Positions 10,086 to 21,697 are shown, counted from the stretch's first letter. The stretch is DNA of 64,000 nucleotides from an uncultured Candidatus Rokubacteria bacterium (GCA_963758635.1 CAVWWD010000007.1:256001-320000), one strand, 5' to 3'. Notes: generated by a model not told the origin, from the sequence alone. Numbers and translations: made by a program.

Positions 10086-12664
10086 ATGGACTACCGCTTA
10101 CCCACGACGGTCGTCCCCAGCCGGTACGAGCTCCGACTCGAGCCGGACCTGGACGCCGCCAGCTTCGCGGGCGAGGAGACCGTCACCGTCACGGTGAGCG
10201 AGCCCGTCACCGAGGTCGTCCTGAACGCCGCCGAGCTGCGCATCGAGGCGGTGAGCGCGCGCCCCGCCGGCGCCGAGGCGGGCGACGCCGAGGGCGCGGT
10301 CATCCAGGGCAGCGCGGCGCTCGACGAGCCGAACGAGCGGGCGCGCCTGGTCTTCCCCACGCCGCTCGGCCCGGGACAGTGGCGGCTCACCATCCGGTTC
10401 GTGGGCACCTTGAACGACAAGCTCCACGGCTTCTACCGCAGCACCTACAAGGACACCGCCGGCGCCTCCCACACGATCGCGGCCACCCAGTTCGAGGCCA
10501 CCGACGCGCGCCGCGCGTTCCCGTGCTGGGACGAGCCGGCGTGCAAGGCCGTGTTCGCGGTGACCCTCGTGGTGCCCGAGGCCCTCGCCGCGGTGTCCAA
10601 CACCGCGATCGCTCGAGGAGGCGCCCGCCGGTCCCGGGCGCAAGGCCGTGCGCTTCGCGGACAGCATCCGCATGTCGACGTATCTCGTCGCCTTCGTGGT
10701 CGGCGAGCTCGAGGCGACCGAGCCCGTCATGGTCGGTGCGACGCCGCTCCGCGTGTGGTGCGTGCCGGGCAAGCTCCCGCTCACGCGCTTCGCGCTCGAC
10801 GTGGGCGCCTTCTCCCTCGAGTTCTTCGCGCGCTACTACGGCGTGCCCTATCCCGGCGACAAGGTCGACCTCCTCGCCATCCCGGACTTCGCGGCGGGCG
10901 CGATGGAGAACCTCGGCGCGATCACGTTCCGGGAGACCGCGCTCCTCGTCGACGAGGCGGCCGCGTCGCACGCCGAGCTCGAACGGGTGGCCGACGTGGT
11001 GGCCCACGAGCTCGCCCACATGTGGTTCGGCGACCTCGTGACCATGGTGTGGTGGAACGGCATCTGGCTCAACGAGGCGTTCGCCACCTTCATGGAGATG
11101 GTCGCGGTCGACGCGTGGAAGCCGGCGTGGCGGCGGTGGATCACGTTCGGCGTGTCGCGCGCCGCCGCGATGGGCGTGGACGGCCTGCACGCGAGCCGGC
11201 CGATCGAGTTCGAGGTGCGCGCGCCCCGCGACTGCGAGGCGATGTTCGATCTGCTCACGTACGAGAAGGGCGCCGGCGTCCTCCGCATGCTCGAGCAGTA
11301 CATCGGGCCCGAACGTCTTCCGCGACGGGGTCCGCCTCTACCTGGACCGGCACGCCTACGGCAACGCCGAGACCACCGACCTGTGGAAGGCCCTCGGCGA
11401 GGTGGCCCGTCAGCCGATTCCCGAGGCGATGGACGACTGGATCTTCCGGCCCGGGTACCCGCTGGTGACGGTGGAGCCGGACGGCGCGGGCATCCGCCTG
11501 TCGCAGCGCCGGTTCACCTACCTGCCCGCCGAGGAGGGCGCCGCCGAGGAAGCCCGGTGGCGGGTGCCCATCACGCTGCGCGCCGCGGTCAAGCGGGGCT
11601 TCGTGGAGAAGCGGGTGCTGCTGAGCGAGGCCGAGACCCTGGTGACCTTGCCCGCCAAGGCCGACTGGGTCGTGGCCAACGCGGGTGGGCACGGCTTCTA
11701 TCGCGTCCGCTACGCCGGGCCGCTCCTGAACCGCATGAGCAAGAACCTGACCGCGCTCCAGCCCATCGAGCGCTTCGACCTGGTGAGCGACGCCCTCGCC
11801 CTCACCCAGGCCGGCCTCCTCCCCGCCACGGAGTACCTGGACCTCACCGGCCGCTTCATGCGCGAGACGGACCGGAACGTCTGGAGCGTCCTCGTGGGAT
11901 CGTTCGCCTACGTGAACCGCGTCATCGCGGAGTCGGCGCGGCCCGGGCTCGAGGCCCTCGTGCGCAAGCGGGTCGGGCCGGCGGCGGAGCTGCTCGGCTG
12001 GGAGCCAGAGGCCGGCGAGGACGAGCTCACGCGGCAGCTCCGGGGCGACCTGCTGCGCGCCCTCGGCACGCTCGGCGCCGACCCGGAGGTACAGGAGCGC
12101 GCGCGCGCGATGTACGCCCGTCACCTCGAGGACGAGGCCGCGGTGGACGCCAACGTGCTCCCCGCCGTCATCGCCATCCTCGCCGCGTCGGGCGGGGAGC
12201 GCGAGTACGCCGATTTCCTCCAGCGCTTCAAGACGGCCCGCACGCCGCAGGAGGAGCAGCGCTACCTGTACGCGCTCGCCGGCTTCCGCCAGCCCGAGCT
12301 CCTGCGTCAGACGCTGGACCGGGCCCTCAACGGGGAGGTGCGAAGCCAGGATGCGCCGTTCCTGATCCGATCGCTCCTGGTGAGCGTGTCCGGCCGGAGT
12401 CTCGCCTGGGAGTTCGTGAAGCAGCACTGGCAGGCGATGGCCCGCCAGTTCCCGGGCAGCGCCTACCGCCGGATGTACGAGGGCGTCACCGCGCTGATCA
12501 GCCCGGACTGGGAGCGCGACGTGCGCGCGTTCTTCACGGACAACGGGATCGAGCTCGGCGGGAAGACCCTCGCGCAGTACCTCGAGCAGCTCAGCATCGC
12601 CACGCGTTTCCAGGGGCGCGAGGGCGCGGCCCTCGCCGCGTATCTCGCCCGCGCGGCCCGGTAG
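10086..12664 (+). CDS. pepN: M1 family aminopeptidase; frameshifts near 10615 and 11315
   Basis: TQFEATDARRAFPCWDEP, GAMEN, HELAH...WLNEAF, YEKG, ERAP1-like C-terminus. Confidence 0.93.
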
Positions 12665-12695
12665 GCCGCGCGGACCCGACGGAACCCCGCGCCCC

Positions 12696-13212
12696 CTACA
12701 GGCCGCGGCGGAAGAAGTTCACAACGTCGTCGCCGAAGTCGAGGACGCCGTCGCGCGTCACCTCCCACGCGGTCTGAGCGCCGCGGCCGACCGCCTGGCC
12801 CGCGGTCGCCGAGCGCGCGCCCCGTCGTCCTGGCCGCGCCGGCCACCGTCGACGCCGCCGCCTTCGTGCCTTCGACCACCGTCCCGCCGATGCCGCGGGC
12901 GGTCTCGCCGACGCCCTCCCCGGTCTTCTTCGCGCCGCTCTCGACCGTGCGCAACGGGCTCTGAGCCTCGGGCGCGGGCACGGCCTCGTTCTGGGCTCCG
13001 GGCGCGGCCGGCGCCGCGTTCTGGACCTCGGGGGCGGCGGTCTCGGCGCCGGCGCCATGCGCTGCGGCTCGGGCGCGACGCTCTGCGTCTCGGGCGCCAC
13101 GGGGACCGCGCTCGGCGCGACCTGGACCTCCGCCGCGCCCGCGGCTGCCGCGACGGCTGGTGAAGGCGGCCACGATCCCGACGACGATCGCTCTCGTTGT
13201 CATCCTCTTCAT
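12696..13212 (-). CDS. secreted Ala/Pro-rich hypothetical protein; several frameshifts
   Basis: signal-peptide-like N-terminus, AP-rich linker and GA/TG-rich helical repeats, pieced from three frames. Confidence 0.5.
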
Positions 13213-13334
13213 ATGACCCTCCCGGAGGTGACCTCCCGGCGGAGCGTCCGAGCCCTCCGCCTCAGACCCCGAGCGTATAATGGCCGCGCGCCGGCGCCCG
13301 AATCATTTGTGCGCCGGCCCGGAAAGGGCGAGCC

Positions 13335-14186
13335 ATGCGTTACGGAGCCTTCATCTTCGCCACCGACTACGCGATCCGTCCCGACGATCTCGGCCGCGCC
13401 CTGGAAGAGCGCGGCTTCGAGTCACTGTGGGTGCCGGAGCACACGCACATCCCGGCGAGCCGGCGCAGCGCGTGGCCGGGCGGACCGAACCTGCCGCGAG
13501 ACTACTGGCACACGCTCGACCCGTTCGTGGCCCTCGGGGCCGCCGCGGCGGTGACGAGCCGGCTGAACCTCGGCACCGGCATCTGTCTCGTCATCGAGCG
13601 GGACCCCATCACGCTCGCCAAGGAGGTGGCGAGCCTGGACTGGATCTCCCGCGGCCGCGTGCTGTTCGGGATCGGCGGCGGCTGGAACGCGGAGGAGATG
13701 GAGGATCACGGCACCGACTTCGGCGCCCGCTGGAAGATCCTGCGCGAGCGGATCGAGGCGATGAAGGAGATCTGGACCAAGGACGAGGCCGAGTACCACG
13801 GGAAGTTCGTCAACTTCGACAAGATGTGGTCGTTCCCGAAGCCCGTGCAGCGGCCGTATCCCCCCATCCTCATGGGCGGCGCCGGACCTCACGCGCGCCA
13901 GCGCGCGGTCGACTTCGACGGCCAGTGGCTCCCGATCGGCGGCCGCGCCTACACGGAGCCGCTCGCCGAGTCCATGGCCGACCTGCGCGCGCGCGCCGAG
14001 AAGGCGGGCCGCGATCCCGGCACGGTGAGCGTCTCGATGTTCGGCGTCGCGCCCGACGAGGCCAAGCTCGCCGAGCTCCGCGACCACGGCGTCTACCGCG
14101 CGATCTTCGGGCTGCCCGCGGCGGGCCGCGACCAGGTGCTGCCGCTGCTGGACACGTACGCGGCGCTCGCGCGGAAGGTGGGGTGA
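13335..14186 (+). CDS. LLM class F420-dependent oxidoreductase
   Basis: ESLWVPEHTHIP, DPITLAKEVASLD, FGIGGGWNAEE; TATAAT at 13276. Confidence 0.9.
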   Translation: MRYGAFIFATDYAIRPDDLGRALEERGFESLWVPEHTHIPASRRSAWPGGPNLPRDYWHTLDPFVALGAAAAVTSRLNLGTGICLVIERDPITLAKEVASLDWISRGRVLFGIGGGWNAEEMEDHGTDFGARWKILRERIEAMKEIWTKDEAEYHGKFVNFDKMWSFPKPVQRPYPPILMGGAGPHARQRAVDFDGQWLPIGGRAYTEPLAESMADLRARAEKAGRDPGTVSVSMFGVAPDEAKLAELRDHGVYRAIFGLPAAGRDQVLPLLDTYAALARKVG

Positions 14187-14232
14187 CCGCCGCGCACGCG
14201 CGACGGACGGGGCCGGCCCGGGCGGGCCCGGC

Positions 14233-14994
14233 TCAGAGGTTGTACGTCTTGCCCTGCTCGAGGATGTGGATCCGAGTGGGATCGATCTGCTCCAGCTCGG
14301 CCACCGTTTCCTCGTAGAGCTGGGGCTTGATGTGGAAGATCCAGACGGGCAGGTCCGGCATCTTCTCGATCTCCTGCCTGAGCATGTCCGGCGTGAGGTG
14401 TCCGGACGCCTTGGCGAGCGGCGCGAGCCGGTTCGGGAACGCCGTCTCCACGACGAGGGCCTTCAGGCCCCGCACGCTCCGGGCGACCTGCCAGATGCGT
14501 CCGGTCGGTCCCGTGTCGCCGGTGTAGACGAAGCCCGCGCTGCCGTCGTGCACGATGTATCCCGCGGCGGGAACCGTGTGGTCCACGGGGACCGGCGTCA
14601 CCGACACGTGCCCCACGCGGGTCTCGACCTCCTCGGTGACCACGCGCAGGGCCAGGACGGGCTCGGCGGGGGAGGGGATGTTCCGGAAGTTCGGCCACAG
14701 CCGGTCGTTGAACGCGTGCTCGGAGAGCGCCTCGATGACGGGGGCGATGCTCCAGCACGTCACCGGCCGGTCGGGGGCGGCCATGGCCAGGGTGTCGGTG
14801 AGGTACGCGAGCCCCGCGACGTGGTCGAGGTGGCCGTGGCTCAGGACGGCGTGGTCGATCGCGATCTGCTCGGGAACGGTCAGCGCGCCGCCGACGGTTC
14901 CCGCGTCGATGAGAATGGTGTCGTCGACGAGGAACGCCGAGGGCCGCTGGCCTTGCCCTTCGCTGCCGTAGGCCCCGAGGACCTTGAGTCTCAC
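14233..14994 (-). CDS. 3',5'-cyclic-nucleotide phosphodiesterase (class II, MBL fold)
   Basis: MRLKVLGAYGSE, IDAG, SHGHLDH, FNDRLWPNF, YTGDTGP, GHLTP. Confidence 0.85.
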   Translation of the reverse strand: MRLKVLGAYGSEGQGQRPSAFLVDDTILIDAGTVGGALTVPEQIAIDHAVLSHGHLDHVAGLAYLTDTLAMAAPDRPVTCWSIAPVIEALSEHAFNDRLWPNFRNIPSPAEPVLALRVVTEEVETRVGHVSVTPVPVDHTVPAAGYIVHDGSAGFVYTGDTGPTGRIWQVARSVRGLKALVVETAFPNRLAPLAKASGHLTPDMLRQEIEKMPDLPVWIFHIKPQLYEETVAELEQIDPTRIHILEQGKTYNL

Positions 14995-15041
14995 TCACAC
15001 CCCCGAGCGTTCGCGAATGATGTCACGGGTCGATTTCGCGG

Positions 15042-15071
15042 ATTCTAGTGTACCCCCGGGGGAAGGGTCAA
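15042..15071 (-). promoter_or_regulatory. sigma-70-like promoter for the phosphodiesterase gene
   Basis: TTGACC-N18-TAGAAT on the minus strand. Confidence 0.55.
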
Positions 15072-15270
15072 GACTGCGACCGCCGAGGGAAAAGGGTCAA
15101 GGCTCAGCGACCGCCGAGGGAGGGTTCAAGGCTGCGACCGCCGAGGGAGGGTTCAAGGCTGCGACCGCCGAGGGAGGGTTCAAGGCTGCGACCGCCGAGG
15201 GAGGGTTCAAGGCTGCGACCGCCGAGGGAGGGTTCAAGGCTGCGACCGCCGAGGGAGGGTTCAAGGCTGC
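15057..15270. repeat. 27 bp tandem repeat GGGAGGGTTCAAGGCTGCGACCGCCGA
   Basis: two degenerate copies, five exact copies (15118-15252) and one partial copy; no spacers. Confidence 0.97.
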
Positions 15271-15347
15271 ATGGATGCGGAGGAAACCGACGGTGACCGG
15301 TGGACCGCGCTTGCGCGGTTCTCCGGGGCTGTGGGACAATCCGCCCG

Positions 15348-16743
15348 ATGATCTTCCAGCAGATCGTCAACGAAGAGCAGGGTTGCCTCTCCTACCTGAT
15401 CGGCTGCGGGCAGTGCGGGGAGGCCGCTCTGGTCGATCCCGCCCGTGACCGCATCGACGACTACGTCGCCCTGGCCCGCAAGAAGGGTGTGACCCTCACC
15501 CACATCGTCGAGACCCACATCCACGCGGACCACGTCTCGGGCAACCAGGCGCTCGCCGCCCGCACGGGGGCGCCGATCCACCTGCATCCGGCCGCGGACG
15601 CCGCGTTCCCCGTGAGCCCCGTCGAGGACGGCGCCGAGATCCGTCTCGGCAACGTGTCCCTCCGGGTCCTGCACACGCCCGGCCACACGCCGGAGAGCAT
15701 CTCGCTGCTCGTGACCGATCTCTCGCGCGGCGCCGAGCCGTGGTTCGTCCTCACCGGGGACGCGCTGTTCGTGGGGGACGTGGGCCGGCCGGATTTCGGC
15801 GGCGAGGAGGCCGCGGCGCGGCTCTACCGGAGCCTCACCGGGCGTCTCCTCACGCTCCCCGACAGCGTGGAGGTGTACCCGGCCCACGGGGCGGGCTCGA
15901 GCTGCGGGCGCGCCATGTCGAGCAAGACGGCCTCCACGATCGGCTTCGAGCGACGGTTCAACGCGGCCCTCCAGGCCCGCGACGAGGAAGACTTCGTGAA
16001 GGCGCTCATGACGGGGCTGCCCGCCAAGCCGCCCAACTTCGAGCGCATCATCGCGCGCAACCGGGCGCTGGCCGTGCCGACGAGCGGCGATCCGCGTCCG
16101 CTGGGGGCGGCGCAGGTGCGCGAGGCCCTGGACAAGGGCGCGTGCGTCCTCGACGTGCGCGAGCCCGCCGAGTTCGGGGCCGGCCACGTCCCCGGCGCGC
16201 TCAACGTGTGGATCGAGAGCCCCGCGGTTCGCGAGCCGGGCCGGCCTGTTCATCCCGCCCGACGCGCCGCTGGTGCTCGTGGCCGGCGGGCCCACCGATC
16301 TCTCCCGCGCCGTGCAGGGCCTCTCGCGCATCGGCGTCGACGACATCGCCGGCCATCTCCAGTGGGGCATGACCGACTGGAAGAGCCACGGCTACCCGCT
16401 CGCCACGGTGCCCCAGATCTCGGTGCACGAGCTGGCGAGCCTGCGCGAGGAGCGGCCGGACCTGGTGGTGATCGACGTGCGCGAACCCTCGGAGTGGGAC
16501 GAGGGGCACATCGACGGGGCGCTCCACATCCCCATGGCCGAGGCGGTGCGGCGGATCGCCGAGGTGCCGCGCGACCGTCCGAAGGCGGTGCTGTGCGCGG
16601 GCGGGCTCCGGTCGAGCCTGGTCATCAGCGCGCTCGCGCGCGAGGGCCTCGCCGAGTTCTCGAACGTGAGCGGGGGCATGACCGCCTGGCTCAAGGGCGG
16701 ATACCCGGCGTCGCGGGAGGGAGGCACCCGGTCGAGGGCATGA
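15348..16743 (+). CDS. MBL-fold hydrolase/persulfide dioxygenase fused to two rhodanese domains; frameshift near 16225
   Basis: ETHIHADHVSG, HTPGHT, TGDALFVGDVGRPD, PAHGAGSSCG; two DVREPxE...GH domains; CAGGLRS active loop. Confidence 0.9.
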
Positions 16744-17411
16744 CCACCGGCCCCGACGATTTCGACTACCCCGTGATGTCTCGGGCCCTCATCCTCGGCG
16801 ACCGAGACACCGTTGCCCGGAAGACGCAGGAAGGCCTCGGCCTCGCCATGGACCCCAAGGACCTCATCTTCCGCGGCCTCATCCCCGGCATGGACGTGGT
16901 CGGCGAGAAGTTCCGCAGGAACGAGTACTACGTGCCCCAGGTGCTGCTCTCCGCCCGCGCCATGTACGCCGGCCTCGATCTCCTGAAGCCGCTCATCACC
17001 GGGACGGCGCAAGAGGGCGGCAGCCTCGGGGTGATCGTGATCGGCACCGCCCAGGGGGACCTGCACGACATCGGCAAGAACCTCGTGGCGATGATGCTCG
17101 AAGGCGCGGGCTTCACCGTCTTCAACCTCGGGCGGGACGTCGCCCCCGAGAAGTTCGTGGCCGCGGTGGAGGAGCACCACGCGCAGATCGTGGGCATCTC
17201 GGCGCTCATGACGACGACCATGCCGGCCATGAAGCGCACGATCGACGCGCTGACCCGGGCGGGCATCCGCGAGCGCGTCAAGGTGATGATCGGCGGCGCG
17301 CCGGTGAGCCAGGCCTACGCCGACGAGATCGGCGCCGACGGCTACGCGCGCGACTCGACCCTCGCGGTGGTCAAGGCCAAGGCCCTGATGGGCGTGGCGG
17401 CGTCGGTATGA
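16740..17411 (+). CDS. corrinoid (B12-binding) protein, cap plus DxHxxG domain
   Basis: GMDVVGEKF...YVPQVLLSARAM, GDLHDIGKNLV, SALMTTTM, GGAPVS. Confidence 0.93.
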   Translation: MTTGPDDFDYPVMSRALILGDRDTVARKTQEGLGLAMDPKDLIFRGLIPGMDVVGEKFRRNEYYVPQVLLSARAMYAGLDLLKPLITGTAQEGGSLGVIVIGTAQGDLHDIGKNLVAMMLEGAGFTVFNLGRDVAPEKFVAAVEEHHAQIVGISALMTTTMPAMKRTIDALTRAGIRERVKVMIGGAPVSQAYADEIGADGYARDSTLAVVKAKALMGVAASV

Positions 17412-18329
17412 CTCGGGCGCGTGGCTGGGAGGTCGTCGAGCGCGTCCGCGCGGGGGACCGCCTGGTCTTCGACGGCGGCTACGGCACCGCGCTCTTCGCG
17501 GCCGGGCTCGCCAACGGGGCGTGCCCCGAGCTCTGGAACGACACGCACGCCAACGTCGTTCGCGACATCCACGCCGGCTACTTCGCGGCCGGCTCCGACC
17601 TCGTGGAGACGAACACGTTCGGCGGCAGCCGCCTCAAGCTGAACGAGTACGCGATCGGCGACCGCACCCGCGAGCTGAACGAGCGGGGCGCGCGACTGGC
17701 CCGGGCCGTGTGCCCGCCGGGCGGCTACGTGGCGGGCTCCATCGGGCCGACCAGCCGGCTCCCCGTCGAGTACGAGCCGCTCGGCGACACCAGCGAGGAG
17801 CAGTACGTCGAGACGTTCCGCGAGCAGGCCGAGGCCCTCGCCGAGGGTGGCGTCGACCTCTTCGCCGTCGAGACCATGATGTTCCCGCAGGAGGCGCTCG
17901 CCGCCATCCGCGCGTGCAAGGCGGCGACCGACCTGCCGGTGATGGCCACCATGTTCTTCCAGTACGAGGAGCTGCACGACCGCGACCGCACCATGTGGGG
18001 CGAGAGCCCCACGGAGGTCGCGCGCGGGCTCCTCGCCGCGGGCGCCGACGTGGTCGGCATGAACTGCGGGCGGGGCCCCGACCGCGCCATCACGATCATC
18101 CGCGAGATGCGCGCCGTGACCGACGCCCCTCTCATCGCCTATCCGAACGCGGGACTGCCCATCACCACAGGGCGGCGAGACCACCTACGAGCTCGGGCCC
18201 GAGGCGATGGCCAAGGACTACCCGGCGCTGCTCGACGTCGGCTGCAACATCGTGGGGGGCTGCTGCGGCTCGGGCCCCGACCACATCCGGCTCATCGCCG
18301 AGGTCGTCCGCTCCCGCCGCCGGCGGTGA
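17408..18329 (+). CDS. homocysteine S-methyltransferase domain protein (MetH N-terminal module); frameshift near 18170
   Basis: DGGYGT, ETNTFG, GMNC, YPNAGLP, GGCCG zinc ligands. Confidence 0.9.
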
Positions 18330-18363
18330 CCGGGACGGCGCGGGAGCGCCGCCCGGTCCCGGC

Positions 18364-19113
18364 ATGTCTCTCCCCGGCGTGAGCCACGAGTTCTCCGTCC
18401 TCTCGTCCGCCCCGGTCGTCCTCGCCGACCTGCCGCTCCGCATCGATCCCGGCGAGGTCCTGCGCTTCCAGGGCTACAAGCCGGGTATCAACGTCCCGAC
18501 GCCGGAGGTCCGGGCGATCTTCGACGAGGCGCTGATGCTCGGCGGAGAGCTCATGACCCCGCGGGTCGTGTACCGCGCCGCCGCCGTCACCGGCCAGGAG
18601 CCCGACGCGATCGGCGTCGGCGAGGAGCGCCTGTCGATTCCGGGGATCGGCCGGCTGTGGGGACGGCTGGGACACGTCGGCGCGGGCATCGGCACCGTGG
18701 GGCAGGCCATCGAGGACCGCGTGCGCGAGCTGTTCGACGCCCGCGAGCTGCCGCTCGCCGTCATGCTGGACAGCGTCGGGTCCGCCGCCGCGGAGAGCCT
18801 GGCGGAGTACGCCAACGACCTCCTGTGCCAGCGCGCCATCCCCGAGGGGCTCAAGGTGACGAATCGCGTGAGCCCGGGCTACGCGGGCTGGGACACGTCC
18901 GAGCAGCAGGCCCTCTTCCGCATCTGCTCCGGCGCGCCGATCGGCGTCGCCCTCAACGCCGCCTCGGTCATGACGCCGGCCAAGACCATCTCGTTCCTCG
19001 TCGGGATCGGTCCCGAGGCCCGGGTGGACCACTACTTCAGCCAGTGCCGGCGGTGCTGGATGCGCGACTGCGCGTACCGGCGGGCGCCCGCCGCGGTCAC
19101 GGTGCATCGCTGA
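18364..19113 (+). CDS. B12-dependent methionine synthase activation domain protein
   Basis: LDSVGSAAAE, RVSPGYAGW, MTPAKTIS, C-terminal CxxCxxxxC; alternative start GTG at 18379. Confidence 0.85.
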   Translation: MSLPGVSHEFSVLSSAPVVLADLPLRIDPGEVLRFQGYKPGINVPTPEVRAIFDEALMLGGELMTPRVVYRAAAVTGQEPDAIGVGEERLSIPGIGRLWGRLGHVGAGIGTVGQAIEDRVRELFDARELPLAVMLDSVGSAAAESLAEYANDLLCQRAIPEGLKVTNRVSPGYAGWDTSEQQALFRICSGAPIGVALNAASVMTPAKTISFLVGIGPEARVDHYFSQCRRCWMRDCAYRRAPAAVTVHR

Positions 19114-19145
19114 GCCCGGACGCGTCTGCTAGGATTGGCCCGGGC

Positions 19146-19664
19146 ATGGACAACGTGATCCTCGTGGGCTTCATGGGAGCGGGCAAGTCCTCGGTGGGGC
19201 GGCTCGTGGCGCGCCGGCTCGGCCGGTGCTTCGTCGAGACCGACGACATGATCACGGCCCGGGAGGGCCGCCCGATCCCCGAGATCTTCGCCGAGCGCGG
19301 CGAGGCCCACTTCCGCGCCCTGGAAGAGGAAGCGCTGGCCCTCCTCGCCGAGAAGCGCGGCGACGTGATCGCCACCGGCGGCGGGTTTCCCTGCCGCGAG
19401 GGCCGCCCCGAGGCGCTCCGCGCGCTCGGCACCGTGGTGTGGCTGGCCTGCGACTTCAACGTCATCTATGACCGGGCGCGCGCCGCCGGCGAGCGGCCCA
19501 TGCTGGCCGGCCGCAGCCGACAGGACGTGGCGGCGCTCCACGAGAGCCGCCTCCCGTACTACCGGCAGGCGCACCTGACCGTGGACACCACCGGCCTCGG
19601 CCTGGACGAGGCGGCGTCCCGCGTCTGCCAGGCCGTGCGCTCCCGCGCGAAGGTGCCGGGATAG
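19146..19664 (+). CDS. aroK: shikimate kinase
   Basis: ILVGFMGAGKSSVG, IFAERGEAHFRALE, ATGGG, RPML. Confidence 0.93.
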   Translation: MDNVILVGFMGAGKSSVGRLVARRLGRCFVETDDMITAREGRPIPEIFAERGEAHFRALEEEALALLAEKRGDVIATGGGFPCREGRPEALRALGTVVWLACDFNVIYDRARAAGERPMLAGRSRQDVAALHESRLPYYRQAHLTVDTTGLGLDEAASRVCQAVRSRAKVPG

Positions 19665-19748
19665 TGAGCCTCGCAGAATACGGTGAACCGCCACGGGCCT
19701 CTACAGTCCCACCGCTCGGCATTAGTCTGATGCGCGGGGCTCAGATAG
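19661..19748 (+). repeat. dispersed ~87 bp REP/MITE-like element, family 1 copy A
   Basis: close reverse-complement match to 48805-48890; imperfect terminal inverted repeats bounded by TAG. Confidence 0.85.
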
Positions 19749-21597
19749 TGACGAGCGCGCCCTTCGTGCGCCGGCTGGAGCGAGCAGCCCCTCCTGAGCG
19801 ACGGCGCCATGGGGACCATGCTCTACTCCCGGGGCATCGCGCTCGACGCGTGCTTCAACGTCCTCAACGTCAACGAGCCGCGCCTCGTCCAGGCCGTCCA
19901 CGCCGAGTACCTCCTGGCCGGGGCCGACTGCGTCCAGACCAACACCTTCGGCGCCAACCGCTTCAAGCTGGGCGTCCACGGCCTCGCGGGCAGCGTGCGC
20001 GAGATCAACCGGCGCGGCGCCAACCTCGCGCGCGAACGTCCGGGAGAGCACGGGGAAGGACGCCCTCGTCCTCGGATCGATGGGCCCCCTGGGCAAGTAC
20101 CTGGCGCCGCTCGGCGCGCTCGAGCCCGACGAGGCGCGCGCGGCGTTCCGCGAGCAGGCGGAGGGCCTCCTCGAGGGCGGCGTCGACGCGTTCGTCGTGG
20201 AGACCTTCTCCGACCTCCAGGAGGCGAGCCTCGCGGTGGCCGCGATCCGCTCCCTCAGCGACCTGCCCATCGCGGTGACCGCGGCCTTCACGGAGGACGG
20301 CGTGACGTTCCTCGGCCAGTCGCCCGCGGAGGTGGTGCGCGCGCTCCGGGCGCTCCCCGTGCAGGCGGTCGGCGCGAACTGCTCGGTCGGCTCGAGCATC
20401 CTCTACAACGTCCTCGAGCAGATGGTGCCCGAGGCGGCCGGCCTGCCCCTCGTGATCCAGCCCAACGCCGGGCTGCCGAGCCGCGTCGGCGAGCGCCTGA
20501 TGTACCTGTCGTCGCCCGCCTACATGGCCGATTTTGCCGCGCGCATGATCGGCGCCGGCGCGCGCATGGTGGGCGGATGCTGCGGGACGACGCCGCAGCA
20601 CACGCGGGCCATGCGGGAGGCCGTCGATCGCCACGCGCCGCGCCGGGCCGCGCCGGCCCCCGCGCGCGTGGCGCCGCGCGCCGAGCCCGCGGAGGCGCCG
20701 GCCCTGCCCACCACCACCGCGCCGACGCGCCTCGGCCGGACGCTCGACGCGCGGGACTTCCTCGTCACCGTGGAGCTCGACCCTCCGCGCGGCCACAACA
20801 TCGAGAAGCTGGTGCAGGGCGCCAAGCTCCTGAAGGAACGGGGCGTCGAGATCGTGGACATCAACGACGGCTCGCTGGGCCGCATCCGCATGTCCGTCCT
20901 GCCCACCGCCATCCTCGTGCGGGACGCCACCGGCCTCGACATCAACATGCACTTCACGTGTCGCGACCGGAACCTCATGGGCATCCAGGCCGACCTCCTC
21001 GGCGCCCACGCGATGGACATCCGCAACATCCTCGCCATGACCGGAGACCCGCCCCGGACCGGCGACTACGTGAACGCCACGGCGGTCTTCGACGTGGACG
21101 CCATCGGGCTCATCCGGATCCTCGCCGGCATGAACCAGGGGCTCGACGCCACCGGCAACTCCGTGGGCGCGCCCGCCGCGTTCTGCATCGGCGCCGCGCT
21201 CAACCCCGCCGCCGAGGAGCCCGCGCGCGAGATGGAGCGCTTCCTCCAGAAGGTCGAGGCGGGCGCGCGCTGGGCGCAGACGCAGCCGGTGTACGACCTC
21301 GAGGTCCTCGAGCGCTTCTTCGGAGCCACGCGGCCTCCCGTGCCCATCGTGGTGGGCATCCTGCCGCTCCACTCGTCGCGGCACGCGGAGTTCCTCCACA
21401 ACGAGGTGCCCGGCATCACGGTGCCCGACGGCGTGCGGGCGCGGATGCGGGAGGCCGGCGAGCGGGGGCTCCGCGCGGGGATCGAGATGGCCCAGGCCCT
21501 CCTGCACGACGTGCGCGGCGGCTACGCCGGGGCCTACCTGATGCCGTCCTTCGGCCGCTTCGAGGTCGTGGCCGAAGTGCTCGACGCTCTTCACTGA
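19748..21597 (+). CDS. bifunctional homocysteine S-methyltransferase/methylenetetrahydrofolate reductase (YitJ-like); frameshifts near 19785 and 20040
   Basis: DGAMGT, TNTFGANRFKL, GANC, GGCCGTTP, then VELDPP, HFTCRDRN, TGDPP, AQTQPVY, HNEVPG. Confidence 0.92.
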
Positions 21598-21697
21598 GAG
21601 CTTGCGAATGAACGGCGTGGCGGCCCCGCGTGTGTCCGCAGAATCGCGGTGCTGGCCGGCACGGCGAAGTCGAAATCCGCATTCCGTCACAACTACT
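21597..21697 (+). repeat. dispersed ~100 bp MITE-like element, family 2 copy A
   Basis: colinear match to 60807-60908; ends AGAGCTTGCGA...TCACAACTACT form an imperfect inverted repeat. Confidence 0.85.

Noticed and set aside
15057..15270. Possible CRISPR array
   Set aside because: Units are head-to-tail with no unique spacers, and no cas genes are in the window.
15300..17411. 703 aa MBL-corrinoid fusion in the ORF track
   Set aside because: Artefact of the frameshift near 16225; the rhodanese frame ends at 16743, overlapping the corrinoid ATG.
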